Origin: Treponemataceae bacterium
GTDB taxonomy: Bacteria; Spirochaetota; Spirochaetia; Treponematales; Rectinemataceae
Assembly: GCA_963667725.2 (NCBI GenBank)
Contig: CAXXHO010000003.1
Span: forward strand, 800,001 to 864,000
Direction: 5' to 3'
Length of the DNA stretch: 64,000 bases
Under the pieces are notes generated by a model. That model worked only from the letters and a program-made list of their open reading frames with translations, was not told the DNA's origin and made no database searches. The number at the start of each line of letters is the position of its first letter. Position 1 is the stretch's first letter. A program made the translations under genes and the position numbers. Shown in pieces: positions 48,108 to 57,664 of this stretch.

Positions 48108-49898
48108 TCAGTCGCCGCTTGAGTAAGACGGACCGCTCATCGATTTCAGGAAGGCCTCATTATTCTTGGTTTTCGTCATCCTGTCAATCAGGAGCTCGAT
48201 GATGTCGGAGTCGTCCATAGGGTTTATGACCCTGCGGAGCACCCAGATTTTCTGGAGTTCCTCGTCGGTGAGGAGAATTTCCTCCTTCCTGGTGCCGGAT
48301 TTCTTGATGTTGATGGCCGGGAACAGCCTTTTATCGGAAAGGCGCCTGTCCAGATTGATCTCCATGTTGCCGGTGCCCTTGAATTCCTCGAAGATTACCT
48401 CATCCATGCGGCTTCCGGTGTCGATAAGCGCCGTCGCTATGATGGTGAGGGAGCCGCCCTGCTCGATGTTGCGCGCCGCGCCGAAGAAACGCTTCGGCTT
48501 GTGCAGGGCGTTGGAGTCGACGCCTCCCGACAGTATCTTGCCTGATGTGGGCACGGTCTGGTTGTAGGCGCGGGCGAGCCTGGTGATGGAGTCGAGGAGG
48601 ATGACCACGTCGCGTCCGTGTTCCACCAGCCGTTTGGCTTTTTCCAGCACCATTTCGGCTACCTGCACATGGCGTGTGGCCTGCTCGTCGAAGGTCGAGG
48701 ATATGACCTCGGCCTGTACCGAGCGCTCCATGTCGGTGACTTCCTCGGGACGCTCATCGATGAGGAGGACGATGAGATAGACCTCGGGATGATTCGTCGT
48801 GATCGCGTTGGCGATTTTCTGGAGCAACACGGTTTTTCCGGTCTTGGGCGGCGACACGATGAGGGCGCGCTGGCCTTTTCCTATCGGGCAGAATAGGTTG
48901 ATGATGCGCGTGGAAAGCTCTTCGGAGCTGGTCTCGAGGTCTAGTTTATGGTTTGGATAGAGCGGCGTGAGGTTCTCGAAGGGAATGCGGTTCTGCGCCA
49001 CGGCCGGTTCGTCGAAGTTGACGAGCTCTATGCGGAGCATGGCGAAGAAGCGCTCTCCTTCCTTGGGGCTCCGAATCTGGCCGTAGACCGTGTCGCCCGT
49101 TTTCAGGTTGAAAAGGCGTATCTGGGAAGGGGAAATGTAGATATCGTCGGTGCCTGAAAGGTAAGAATTCTGCGGAGAACGGAGGAAGCCATAGCCGTCG
49201 GGAAGTATTTCCAAGGAGCCATAGGCGTAGATGATGCCGCCCTTATCCGTGTGGGATTTCAGGATATAGAAAATCAGTTCCTGTTTTCTGAGGGCGATGA
49301 GCTCGTCGTGGTTGATGCCGTATTTCGAACCGAGATCCCTCAGCTCCTTGATGCCCATTTTCGACAAGTCGTTGATAAGCAGCCGCGCCCTCGAATCCGT
49401 GTGTTCCTGTTTCCCGTTCTCATGCTGTCTTTCGTTGATAAGTCTGTCGAAAGATTCCTGCTTGCGCACGAATCCATTTCTCGTTTCGCGCTCGAGAGCG
49501 GCCGCCGTCGCCACGTCTATGGTTGGATTGACGCCTTCCGTCTCGGGGGAGATGGCGGGGGAAGCCTGCGCGAAGGCCGATGCCTGCGATGAAGCCTCAG
49601 CGGGCTGTCCCTGCTCGTAGCTCTGATGCGCGGGCAAGTCGTTCCCTCGGGCGAATCCCGCCGCTTGAACAGGCTTGCGCCTGAGTTTGATCTTTTTCGT
49701 GCCCTTGCCCGCGGAAGGTTGGCCGCCTGTGTTTTCCCTGGCTGGCGCTTCGGTCTGCGAGGCTGGAGTCACCGTTTCTGTTTCCCCAAAAAGGGAAGGG
49801 GCTTGGTCGGGGTTCTGAATGGTGGGTTCAGTTTCCGTTTCTTCCATCTGATCCTTCTTTTGATTTTCATGTATACGAGTTTTTCCGAAAATTGCCAT
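48108..49898 (-). CDS. rho: Transcription termination factor Rho with long N-terminal extension
   Basis: [48 protein letters not shown]. Confidence 0.97.
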   Translation of the reverse strand: MAIFGKTRIHENQKKDQMEETETEPTIQNPDQAPSLFGETETVTPASQTEAPARENTGGQPSAGKGTKKIKLRRKPVQAAGFARGNDLPAHQSYEQGQPAEASSQASAFAQASPAISPETEGVNPTIDVATAAALERETRNGFVRKQESFDRLINERQHENGKQEHTDSRARLLINDLSKMGIKELRDLGSKYGINHDELIALRKQELIFYILKSHTDKGGIIYAYGSLEILPDGYGFLRSPQNSYLSGTDDIYISPSQIRLFNLKTGDTVYGQIRSPKEGERFFAMLRIELVNFDEPAVAQNRIPFENLTPLYPNHKLDLETSSEELSTRIINLFCPIGKGQRALIVSPPKTGKTVLLQKIANAITTNHPEVYLIVLLIDERPEEVTDMERSVQAEVISSTFDEQATRHVQVAEMVLEKAKRLVEHGRDVVILLDSITRLARAYNQTVPTSGKILSGGVDSNALHKPKRFFGAARNIEQGGSLTIIATALIDTGSRMDEVIFEEFKGTGNMEINLDRRLSDKRLFPAINIKKSGTRKEEILLTDEELQKIWVLRRVINPMDDSDIIELLIDRMTKTKNNEAFLKSMSGPSYSSGD

Positions 49899-50103
49899 CA
49901 AAAACTCCGTTATAAGCACATATCGCACGTGCCTGACAGGGCTGTCAGGCCGTTCTTCTTTTCATTGTTTGTCTATGGATTCATGTATGCAGTGAATTCC
50001 GGCATTGGAACACCCAAAGCCGGGAAAGGCACCTGCCCAATTTTTTTCTCGGTATGGCAGAGCCGAACTGTCACGTCTACTATAGTATTCACGGTCCGAT
50101 CTG

Positions 50104-50460
50104 TCAATCGCCGATTCCGGGCATTCGAATCCGCCCCTCAAAGTGCGAGGTTTCGGCGATGCTGATGTTGGGCGTCTCTATCACGGCGCTGACGTTGGCC
50201 ATGTCGCAGATTTCCACAAAAGTCTCGGCCCGGATCTCGCCGCTGAACCTGCCGGAGATGGACAATGACTTGGCCGCAAGTTTGCACGACTCCACGATCG
50301 CTTCCTTGTCAATCGTGATGTGGGAGGAAGAAGCTATGGATCCTGAGTAGTTGCCTTTGATAAGGAGGCTGTTGTCGGTTATCAAATCACCTTCCATTTT
50401 TATGTGGGCGCTCAATTCGGTCGAATGTAGAAGCGGTTTTTTTTTTCGTTTTGTTGACAT
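50104..50460 (-). CDS. Bactofilin (polymer-forming cytoskeletal protein)
   Basis: Beta-helix pattern IKMEGDLIT..LLIKGNYSGSI..ISGRFSGEI..FEGRI; between HU and rho as in other spirochaetes. Confidence 0.8.
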   Translation of the reverse strand: MSTKRKKKPLLHSTELSAHIKMEGDLITDNSLLIKGNYSGSIASSSHITIDKEAIVESCKLAAKSLSISGRFSGEIRAETFVEICDMANVSAVIETPNISIAETSHFEGRIRMPGIGD

Positions 50461-50596
50461 GCGAAAAATAGTTGCATGGCTGAATGAAGCTGTCAATTTA
50501 AAAAAAGCGAAAACATCGCGGTTTTCGCTTTTTTTACCTTAATAGCCCAATTCCTCATATTCCTGTTATGGTCTATGGAGTCTTTTCGCCGTGGTT

Positions 50597-50938
50597 TTAG
50601 GGTTTTTTAAACGTTCTGGAGATGATGGCGGCATCCATCTCCCATGCGGATTTCTTGAGTTCGCGACCAGGTCTGAACCCGGCGACGCCGTGGTCCTGAA
50701 CCGATACGATTTCACCGGTTTTCGGATTTCTAGCCTTGGTCCTGCCTTTTCGAAGCTTGACTTCAAATGTGCCAAAACCGCGCAGCTCAACGGTTCTGCC
50801 ACTGAGAATAGCTCCTTTTATCTCCGAAAAAAGGCCATCGATAAGCTCGTGTATCTCTTTTCGAGTGGTCTTGCTCGAAGGAGAGAGGGTAGCGTAGAGC
50901 GCATCGATTAACTCGGCCTTGGTAAGTTTTTCAGCCAT
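50597..50938 (-). CDS. HU/IHF family DNA-binding protein (Hbb-like)
   Basis: LTKAELID, VELRGFGTFEV, ARNPKTGE, FRPGRELK; downstream of rpsT. Confidence 0.92.
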   Translation of the reverse strand: MAEKLTKAELIDALYATLSPSSKTTRKEIHELIDGLFSEIKGAILSGRTVELRGFGTFEVKLRKGRTKARNPKTGEIVSVQDHGVAGFRPGRELKKSAWEMDAAIISRTFKKP

Positions 50939-51023
50939 TTTGCTTCTACTCCAATGATCCAAAATACCAGCGATGCTTTGCACCGACTGAAGAATTTCCT
51001 GATATGCTCAGTAGCGCGTTGGT

Positions 51024-51293
51024 TCAGACACCGAGTCTATTGACGAGCTTCTGCATCCTGGATTTCTTGCGAGCCGCCGTGTTTTTCTTCACGATGCCCT
51101 TGCCCGCGGCGGTATCGATGCGCTTGATCATTTCAAGGAGCGCTTCTTTCGCGGCTGTTGTATCTTTTTTCTCAGAAGCGGTAACAACCTTCTTGGCAGC
51201 GGTGCGGATGGCGCTTTTCACACCCTTGTTCTTTATGCGGCGTTTTTCGTCCTGTCGCATTCTCTTCTCAGCGGACAGATTCTTCGTGCTCAA
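51024..51293 (-). CDS. rpsT: 30S ribosomal protein S20
   Basis: SAEKRMRQ..N..KSAIRT..KGIVKKNTAARKKSR. Confidence 0.96.
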   Translation of the reverse strand: MSTKNLSAEKRMRQDEKRRIKNKGVKSAIRTAAKKVVTASEKKDTTAAKEALLEMIKRIDTAAGKGIVKKNTAARKKSRMQKLVNRLGV

Positions 51294-51359
51294 AGGGAGT
51301 CCTCCCGGGATGATGCTCGATTCATAACGAATCGGTATTGTCAGTTAATTCGACTAGGA

Positions 51360-51425
51360 AAACTACCAGAGAGGACCGAGTATGTCAAGACTGCAATTGA
51401 CTCCCTCGGCGCAATCTGATTAAAT
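51360..51425. promoter_or_regulatory. Back-to-back sigma70-type promoters for rpsT (-) and the acyltransferase (+)
   Basis: Minus strand TTGACA (51388-83)-17-TAGTTT; plus strand TTGACT (51397)-17-TTAAAT. Confidence 0.55.
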
Positions 51426-51461
51426 AGGATAACGAATTAGCCTGTATCCAGAGAAACCATA

Positions 51462-52238
51462 GTGAATATAATTATCGTCGCTTGCATATTGACAGCCTTT
51501 GCCTCATGGGAAATCATCCTGCTCTCATTTCGTATCTTTGGATCTAAAACCATAGCCAAACGGAAGACTCAGCTCTATGAGGACAAGGCGATAGAGATCA
51601 TCTTTTCGATGTTTTTCGCCTATAGGGGATTCAAGGTTCGGTTCGAGAACCGCCTGGAGGGAAAGCTCCCGAAACGTTATCTCGTCGTTTCCAATCATCA
51701 GAGCCTTCTGGATATTCCCATAATAATGCATATATTGCCCTCGGGGACGCGGTCCCGTTTTGTCGCGAAACAAGAGCTCGCTTGGGGGATACCTCTCATC
51801 TCGCTGCTCCTGCGCACGTCGGGGCATTGTTTAGTCAGACGGAAGGGCGATGCTCTCCAGGCTGTGCGAATCGTGACGGCCATGGCCAAGCGATGTAAAA
51901 CCGAAGGCACTATCCCGGTGATCTTCCCGGAAGGCACTCGCTCCAGGACCGGGGCCTTGGGGACGTTTCATTCGGCAGGCTACCGGAAGATATTGGAGGT
52001 AGAGCCTCTGCCTGTCCTTGTCGTCGCTGTGGACGGAGGCTGGCAGGTGGCAAAACTGGGGGATTTTTTCAAAAGGTTTGGAAAAACCGAGTATTCAGCG
52101 CGTTTTCTCGCGGTTCTGCCCGCGCCAGCAAACAGAAAGGAATCCTTGGCCACGCTGGAAAAAGCCCGGGAATTGATAGAAAAATCGCTTGAAGAGAGAC
52201 AAGAGAGGGCAGCCCCCGACAAGGCCGTCAGGGGCTGA
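51462..52238 (+). CDS. plsC: 1-acyl-sn-glycerol-3-phosphate acyltransferase family
   Basis: NHQSLLD, FVAKQEL, IFPEGTRS. Confidence 0.85.
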   Translation: MNIIIVACILTAFASWEIILLSFRIFGSKTIAKRKTQLYEDKAIEIIFSMFFAYRGFKVRFENRLEGKLPKRYLVVSNHQSLLDIPIIMHILPSGTRSRFVAKQELAWGIPLISLLLRTSGHCLVRRKGDALQAVRIVTAMAKRCKTEGTIPVIFPEGTRSRTGALGTFHSAGYRKILEVEPLPVLVVAVDGGWQVAKLGDFFKRFGKTEYSARFLAVLPAPANRKESLATLEKARELIEKSLEERQERAAPDKAVRG

Positions 52239-52246
52239 TCAGGAAA

Positions 52247-52417
52247 TCAGCTGAAATCACTGGGCTTGCGTTCTACGCGCTTGCACTTTTCGCACTCCGC
52301 GACATTGCGAACTTTGCCGTTCTCGAAGATTGTCTTCATCTTAACTTCGCCGCCGCAGGGGCAGTAGAAGTGGTGCGTGCTGCTGGAAGTACGAGCGTTC
52401 TTGGAAACATTTGCCAT
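52247..52417 (-). CDS. 56-aa Zn-ribbon-like small protein (absent from ORF track)
   Basis: MANVSKNARTSSSTHHFYCPCGGEVKMKTIFENGKVRNVAECEKCKRVERKPSDFS; AAGGAG RBS; TTGACA (52472-67) and TATATC/TATCTT upstream. Confidence 0.8.
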   Translation of the reverse strand: MANVSKNARTSSSTHHFYCPCGGEVKMKTIFENGKVRNVAECEKCKRVERKPSDFS

Positions 52418-52510
52418 TGCGTTCTCCTTGGAAAGACGAGATAAGATATACGTTTGGGGGCTCCTGTGTCAACCTTGCGGGAGCCCGTTGCCGGTTCCTG
52501 AATCGAAGGC

Positions 52511-52605
52511 AAAAAAAGACCGCCGGATAAGGAGGAATATCCGGCGGTCAACGCAAAAGGAGGTGCATGAAAAGCGAATTGCTGTCGTCCTGCACTAATA
52601 AAAGT
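52511..52605 (-). ncRNA. Candidate small RNA or 3' UTR element with CCUCCU motifs ending in an intrinsic terminator
   Basis: Perfect 12-bp stem 52518-52549, loop UUCCUCCU, U7 tail, second CACCUCCUUUU just 5'; terminator is clear, sRNA status and 5' end are inferred. Confidence 0.45.
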
Positions 52606-52643
52606 AATGCATTAGTCCGGAAGTTACCACCGAAAGCGCAAAA

Positions 52644-53567
52644 TTAATTTATTTTTTTCCATATTTCCCTGATGGCATCCAAAAAAAAGTTTTTCATCGG
52701 GACTTTGCCTCTGATGACTTGGGCCTTGAAGTCCCTCACGGCGTAACCGATGCCGATATCCCTGTTTTTTAAATGTTTCAGTTCGTCCCAATGCTGGACG
52801 AGAAAGAGGTAGAGATCGGCGTAGGTTCTGCCGGGAAAGAGCGTAAGAATCTTTTCCTCCCCTATGGCGAGGATTATGGGAAGGTATACATTCTCGTGCC
52901 AGGAAAGCATGGCGTTTGAAAATTCGATTTCCTTGGATTCCTGCTCGTTGAGATAATATTTGTGAACGGCGATATGCTCGCGGATCGTGTCGTACCGGCC
53001 GGGTTCCGAAAAGCTGAGGTCATCCCTGCCGATTATCGAAAGGTAGCCCGTTTCATCGAAAAAACGCTTTTTTTCATACTCCACGACGGCTCTTCTCAGC
53101 CCATCCATGCCCATGTCCTTGCTGAGCTCTATTTTTGCCTGGAGGGAGGTCACTTCGGCATCGATCTCGATCTGGCCCAAGGCTCTCGCCACCGATACCC
53201 TGTGGTTGCCATCCCGCACGAAATATACGCCCCCCATTTCATAGAGCCTGATCGGCGGCAGACTGATATCCTGATAATAGGTTTTGTCTATGCTGACCCA
53301 ACGCTGCTTTAGATGTTCCTTTCTGGGGAGGAAGTGCCGGTTGAAGTCCCTGTACCGCCCTTCGCTTCCCACGATTTTTTCCAGGGGAACCGTGGCGAGC
53401 CCGGCGTAGACCTCGCCTTCGGGCCTAAGCAGCTTGCGGGCGGCGTCGAAGGGAAGGAGGTCTTCCTCTGAGGGCTGGAATATATGGGATATGCGGGATA
53501 GAAGCGCTTTCGTGTGCGCCTTGTAGAAATCCTGCTCCACCATGCTATCAATCAGGGCATTGGCCAT
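52644..53567 (-). CDS. ParB/sulfiredoxin-like domain protein with helical C-terminal domain
   Basis: VPLEKIVGS..LPPIRLY..YFVRDGNHRVSVA..IDAEV; AGGAG before ATG 53567. Confidence 0.75.
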   Translation of the reverse strand: MANALIDSMVEQDFYKAHTKALLSRISHIFQPSEEDLLPFDAARKLLRPEGEVYAGLATVPLEKIVGSEGRYRDFNRHFLPRKEHLKQRWVSIDKTYYQDISLPPIRLYEMGGVYFVRDGNHRVSVARALGQIEIDAEVTSLQAKIELSKDMGMDGLRRAVVEYEKKRFFDETGYLSIIGRDDLSFSEPGRYDTIREHIAVHKYYLNEQESKEIEFSNAMLSWHENVYLPIILAIGEEKILTLFPGRTYADLYLFLVQHWDELKHLKNRDIGIGYAVRDFKAQVIRGKVPMKNFFLDAIREIWKKIN

Positions 53568-54237
53568 CGCGTCTCCTTGAGAGGGCAAGAACCCTATGAC
53601 CGTACACGTTGACGACGGTCGTTGTTCCCAGCCGTTTTTCGCGCAGCTCGCGGCTGTCGTAGACATGGACGTGTCCATGAACGAAGAATGTCGGCGCCGC
53701 GAATTTTATAAGCCATCTAAACATCCTAAAGCCCTGGTGACAGAGGTCGCTGCCGTCGTGGATCCCTTTCGGCGGCGAATGGGCGAGGATGATGTCCACG
53801 CCGCGCCCATAAAAGAGCTTGCGGATGAAGAGTCTTGGAATCAGCGGGAGAATCCTGATTTTCATGCCGAAATCGGAGTATTGATTGGCTCCGCCATTAT
53901 AGAGCATGGACCCGGGCAAACCCAGCACCGAAACGCCCGCTTCTTTCCTTATGTCGAAGGACACTCTTCCGAGCGAGCTTCTCTCCCTTTCGGTTTCGTC
54001 GTCGATGCCCAAGGAACTCGCGAATAGATTTATCGGCTTTTTGTCGACGGGATCGTGGTTGCCCGCGACGGAGACGATAGGCTTATTGAGCATCGAGGTG
54101 ATGAACTCAAGGTATTCGTCCGGAAGATCCCCCGCCGAAAGGATGAGATCGACGTCGCCGAAGCGCTGGCGAACGGTCGAGGAATAAACGAGAAGGTCGA
54201 CTTCATCGGCCACGCATAGAATCTTCACTTCCTTCAC
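53548..54237 (-). CDS. Calcineurin-like metallophosphoesterase
   Basis: ADE, AGDL, GNHD, AHSPP, HGHVH; GTG overlaps mutL stop. Confidence 0.88.
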   Translation of the reverse strand: MKEVKILCVADEVDLLVYSSTVRQRFGDVDLILSAGDLPDEYLEFITSMLNKPIVSVAGNHDPVDKKPINLFASSLGIDDETERERSSLGRVSFDIRKEAGVSVLGLPGSMLYNGGANQYSDFGMKIRILPLIPRLFIRKLFYGRGVDIILAHSPPKGIHDGSDLCHQGFRMFRWLIKFAAPTFFVHGHVHVYDSRELREKRLGTTTVVNVYGHRVLALSRRRDGQCPD

Positions 54238-56003
54238 GACGTGATTCTCCCCACCATGCGATACAGCGCAGTCTTGTCGAACTTCACCCATACGGGCCTG
54301 CCATGAGGACAGCGGGGAAAGGGCAGGGAGAGAGCTTGTTCGATGAGCTCACGCGCGGCGAAATCGTCCAGGAGGTCTCCGTCCTTGACGGCCGCCCGGC
54401 AGGCCATGGTCGCCAGGAAATTCTCGGCCGGAACCTCTCCCGCTGAATCTTCGGAAAAGCAATCGACGAGGGCTTGAATGCCTTTTTCGCCGAGAAAGGC
54501 GGGAACGGCGTTGACGACGAAACTATCGCCCGACCGTTCGATCTCATAGCCCATGCGCTCCAGTTCGGGGAGGGCGGCGACAAGCCTGCGCGAAAACTCT
54601 TCCCCGTCGATTTCGAAGATGAAGGGTACGAGGAGAGATTGGCTGGCCGCCTTTGCCTTGGAGAGTTCGTCGTAGAGGATGCGCTCATGGGCGGCGTGCT
54701 GGTCCAGGACATAGAGAATTTCATCTTTTTCGAAGAGGATGAAGGGGCCGAAGGCTTTGCCCAGGTAACGGAAGGCGGCTTTCCCGCCCGAATCGGCTCC
54801 AGGTCCCGAATAGCGCCTTGAATCGGCCGCGACCCCCGCTCGCGCGACAGGAAATCGCGGTTCGCCGGGTACTGCCAGTCCGGGGGCGTCGGGAGTCTCT
54901 CGGATCCAGCTCCCTGCCGTATCCCCGCCGGTGGCTAATGGGATGTCCCACAAGACTCTTTCCGTTTCTTTTCCGCTCTCCTGCCTGAAGCCTGCCGACA
55001 TGTCGCTTGGTCCCGCTCCCAGCGTCGAATGAAGCTGAACCCTGAAGGCTGAATAGAATCCCGACTTGATGGGTTCGGGATTTTTTATCCTCACTTCCCG
55101 CTTGGCGGGGTGAATGTTGAAATCGGCCTGCGAAGGGTCTATTTCGGCGAAGAGGAAGGCGCAGGGCTTCATGCCTCCGGGAAGGTACTCAGAAAAAGCG
55201 TATTCGAGCAGGCTGATGAATCCCCATTCGGGCACCTTCCGCCTGTTCACGAATACCTGAAGATATTTCCTGTCCTTTCTGTGGAAGGAAGGGTCGGCGT
55301 AGATCAGCGTCAGGGCGGCTCCCCCCGCCTCCACCTCGAAGCGCGAGAGTATGCTTCCGGGAATTTCCCTATAGAGAAGGGCTATCCTGTCTTCCTGGCT
55401 GGATTTGGGGAAATGTTCGCTTTCCGCCCCAGAGCGCCAGATAAAAGCCACCGATGGATGAGCCAGGGCTCGCTCTACGAATATCTGACGGCAAAGAAGG
55501 GCTTCCGATGCCGGACGTTTCAGGAACTGGCGGCGGGCGGGGAAGCGTTCGAATATACCCCTCACCGAAACCGTCGTGCCCTCCCTGGCTGCCACCGGGG
55601 AAATGGAGGCTTCCTTCCCGGGTTCTTTCTGAAGACACCAGCCCAGTTCCGAGCCTTTTTCCCGGCTGGTCATCTCGAGCCGGGCTACGGCGGCTATGGA
55701 AGCCAGTGCCTCCCCCCGGAACCCGAGGGTCCTGGCCAACAATAGATCGTCGGCGTTTTCTATCTTGCTGGTGGAGTGTTCGAGTATGGACAGTTCGAGA
55801 TCTTCCCTGGACATACCGAATCCATCGTCCGAGACGCGGATGAGGTCGATGCCACCCTTTTCGATGTCGACCCGGATTTCGGAGGCGCCCGAGTCGATCG
55901 CGTTATCGATGAGTTCCCGCAGGGCGGAGGCGGGTCTGTCTATCACTTCTCCGGCCGCGATGAGGCGGGAGGTTTCGGGCGGAAGAAGGTGGATGCGTGC
56001 CAT
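54234..56003 (-). CDS. mutL: DNA mismatch repair endonuclease MutL
   Basis: IAAGEVIDRP, TLGFRGEALASI, NIHPAKREV, DQHAAHERILYD, ACRAAVK, CPHGRP. Confidence 0.96.
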   Translation of the reverse strand: MARIHLLPPETSRLIAAGEVIDRPASALRELIDNAIDSGASEIRVDIEKGGIDLIRVSDDGFGMSREDLELSILEHSTSKIENADDLLLARTLGFRGEALASIAAVARLEMTSREKGSELGWCLQKEPGKEASISPVAAREGTTVSVRGIFERFPARRQFLKRPASEALLCRQIFVERALAHPSVAFIWRSGAESEHFPKSSQEDRIALLYREIPGSILSRFEVEAGGAALTLIYADPSFHRKDRKYLQVFVNRRKVPEWGFISLLEYAFSEYLPGGMKPCAFLFAEIDPSQADFNIHPAKREVRIKNPEPIKSGFYSAFRVQLHSTLGAGPSDMSAGFRQESGKETERVLWDIPLATGGDTAGSWIRETPDAPGLAVPGEPRFPVARAGVAADSRRYSGPGADSGGKAAFRYLGKAFGPFILFEKDEILYVLDQHAAHERILYDELSKAKAASQSLLVPFIFEIDGEEFSRRLVAALPELERMGYEIERSGDSFVVNAVPAFLGEKGIQALVDCFSEDSAGEVPAENFLATMACRAAVKDGDLLDDFAARELIEQALSLPFPRCPHGRPVWVKFDKTALYRMVGRITS

Positions 56004-56031
56004 CAGAACAATATAGCGTTTATGCGAGGCT

Positions 56032-56061
56032 AAAAAAAGGACGCCCCGGGGTGGGGCGTCC
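56032..56061 (-). terminator. Intrinsic terminator downstream of the tandem OMP genes
   Basis: ggacgcccc/ggggcgtcc stem with A7 on the plus strand (U-tail on minus). Confidence 0.75.
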
Positions 56062-56118
56062 AAAAATCCGTATTTTTCCTTGCCCTTCTTCCATAGTGAA
56101 GGGCGAAAAGGTAATTCG

Positions 56119-57645
56119 CTAGAACCTGACCCTTGTCTCGATCGTGACGGTGGGGGCCATCCTCACGCCTGAGGTCGGATCGTTGTCGACCACGTACTTG
56201 ATATTGCCGGTCGTCGTGTCCCTGACCGCGATAGCCTTGAAGATCAGGCCGATCGCGAGGTTGGGCGTCTTGGGAATCGGTATCTCGATCTCGCCCGCGA
56301 AGGCCGTCTGCTCGTCGAAGAAGGTGAACGTGCCGTCCATGAGCGAATTGACGAGGCCTCTCTTGTCATAATAGACGGCTCCCGCCACGTCGACGATGGG
56401 AATGAGCCCCTTCTTGATGGTGAAACCGGCGTGGAGTTCATCGTCGGCGGCGTCGCTGAAGGAGAAGCCTGTCGACGGATCCCATGGCCACATATAGCCG
56501 GCCGATAGGGTGAGCTTTTCCTTGAAGAGAGAGAAGCCGGCTTCGCCGTAGATGCCCATGACCGTAGGCGCCGTGGATATGGAATTCGTTCCGTCGAGAT
56601 AGCCGATATAGTCCATCACGTAGTTCGAACGGCTTCGCTCGTAGGTGGAATCGAAGAAAGCGGGCCTGAAGATGCCGGTGAAGTACCTGTACTCCAGCCT
56701 CCAGTCGATGAAGAGAACATTGCCGAGGAATCCGGCCGCCGCTCCCCAGTTTTTGGGACCGCCGTCCCACACGAGATCGGTCTGGAAACCGCTCGGAATG
56801 AGCGTCGAATTGCTCGTGAAGGCCGATTTGACGTAGGGAATGGTCAGGGAAGCATCAGCGAAGGCCCTGATGCTCATGATTTCGTTGGTCTTGATGATGG
56901 GAAGGTCGAGGTCCACGCCGGTTCCGACGAACACGAAGTTGTCGACGGCCGCGCTGTAGCTTGTGTCCGCCAGATCCTGGGCCGCCGCGAAGTCGGCCAC
57001 GGCGGAAACGCCGAAAGCCAGCTTGGATTTCTTGATCGGGCGGAAATACAGGCGGGCGCCGGCGATTTCTGGGACGGGCAGATCGTTCGCGAGGGCTTCG
57101 AAACCGACGCCTCCGAAATCGATGCCCGTGTTCACGCCCGTGCGCCTGATGCTGGGGAAGTCGGTATCATTGCGGTAATTGCGCATTATCAGACCATGGC
57201 CGATGGTGAGGCCGTGGAGATTGCCCACCTTGACGAAGAAGGGATCCTCGAGAGGCTGGCCGTACTCAAGGTACTTGATCTTGAGGATGATGTCGGCGGC
57301 TGTATCCTTGATGGCGGCGAAAGTATCGGTTCCCCAGTATTGAGCGCCGAAATCCCACTCGTTGTTCCCGCCCGGCTGGTACCAGGATCCGGGGTTGAAA
57401 AGATCGTCGGTATAGATGACGGGTAGGTAGAAACCGAGCTTCAGCCTCCCTATCCTCACTTCAGGGGAAAGTACGACCTTGGAATAGCTGTTCCCGTCGA
57501 TGCTGACGGAGCCTATCTCCATGCCCATATTGTCGCGCAGCCAGTCCATGAAGGCCTCGCCGGGGCCGCCTTCGGCGGCTTGGGCGAAGACGGCGCCGGG
57601 CGCCAGCAATGCCAGCAGGACTATGATTGATAAGATTCGTTTCAT
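56119..57645 (-). CDS. Putative outer-membrane beta-barrel protein, paralogue 2
   Basis: Signal peptide, Gly/aromatic-rich alternating strands, C-terminal VTIETRVRF. Confidence 0.65.
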   Translation of the reverse strand: MKRILSIIVLLALLAPGAVFAQAAEGGPGEAFMDWLRDNMGMEIGSVSIDGNSYSKVVLSPEVRIGRLKLGFYLPVIYTDDLFNPGSWYQPGGNNEWDFGAQYWGTDTFAAIKDTAADIILKIKYLEYGQPLEDPFFVKVGNLHGLTIGHGLIMRNYRNDTDFPSIRRTGVNTGIDFGGVGFEALANDLPVPEIAGARLYFRPIKKSKLAFGVSAVADFAAAQDLADTSYSAAVDNFVFVGTGVDLDLPIIKTNEIMSIRAFADASLTIPYVKSAFTSNSTLIPSGFQTDLVWDGGPKNWGAAAGFLGNVLFIDWRLEYRYFTGIFRPAFFDSTYERSRSNYVMDYIGYLDGTNSISTAPTVMGIYGEAGFSLFKEKLTLSAGYMWPWDPSTGFSFSDAADDELHAGFTIKKGLIPIVDVAGAVYYDKRGLVNSLMDGTFTFFDEQTAFAGEIEIPIPKTPNLAIGLIFKAIAVRDTTTGNIKYVVDNDPTSGVRMAPTVTIETRVRF

Positions 57646-57664
57646 TGTATGCCTCCTTTCCGGC

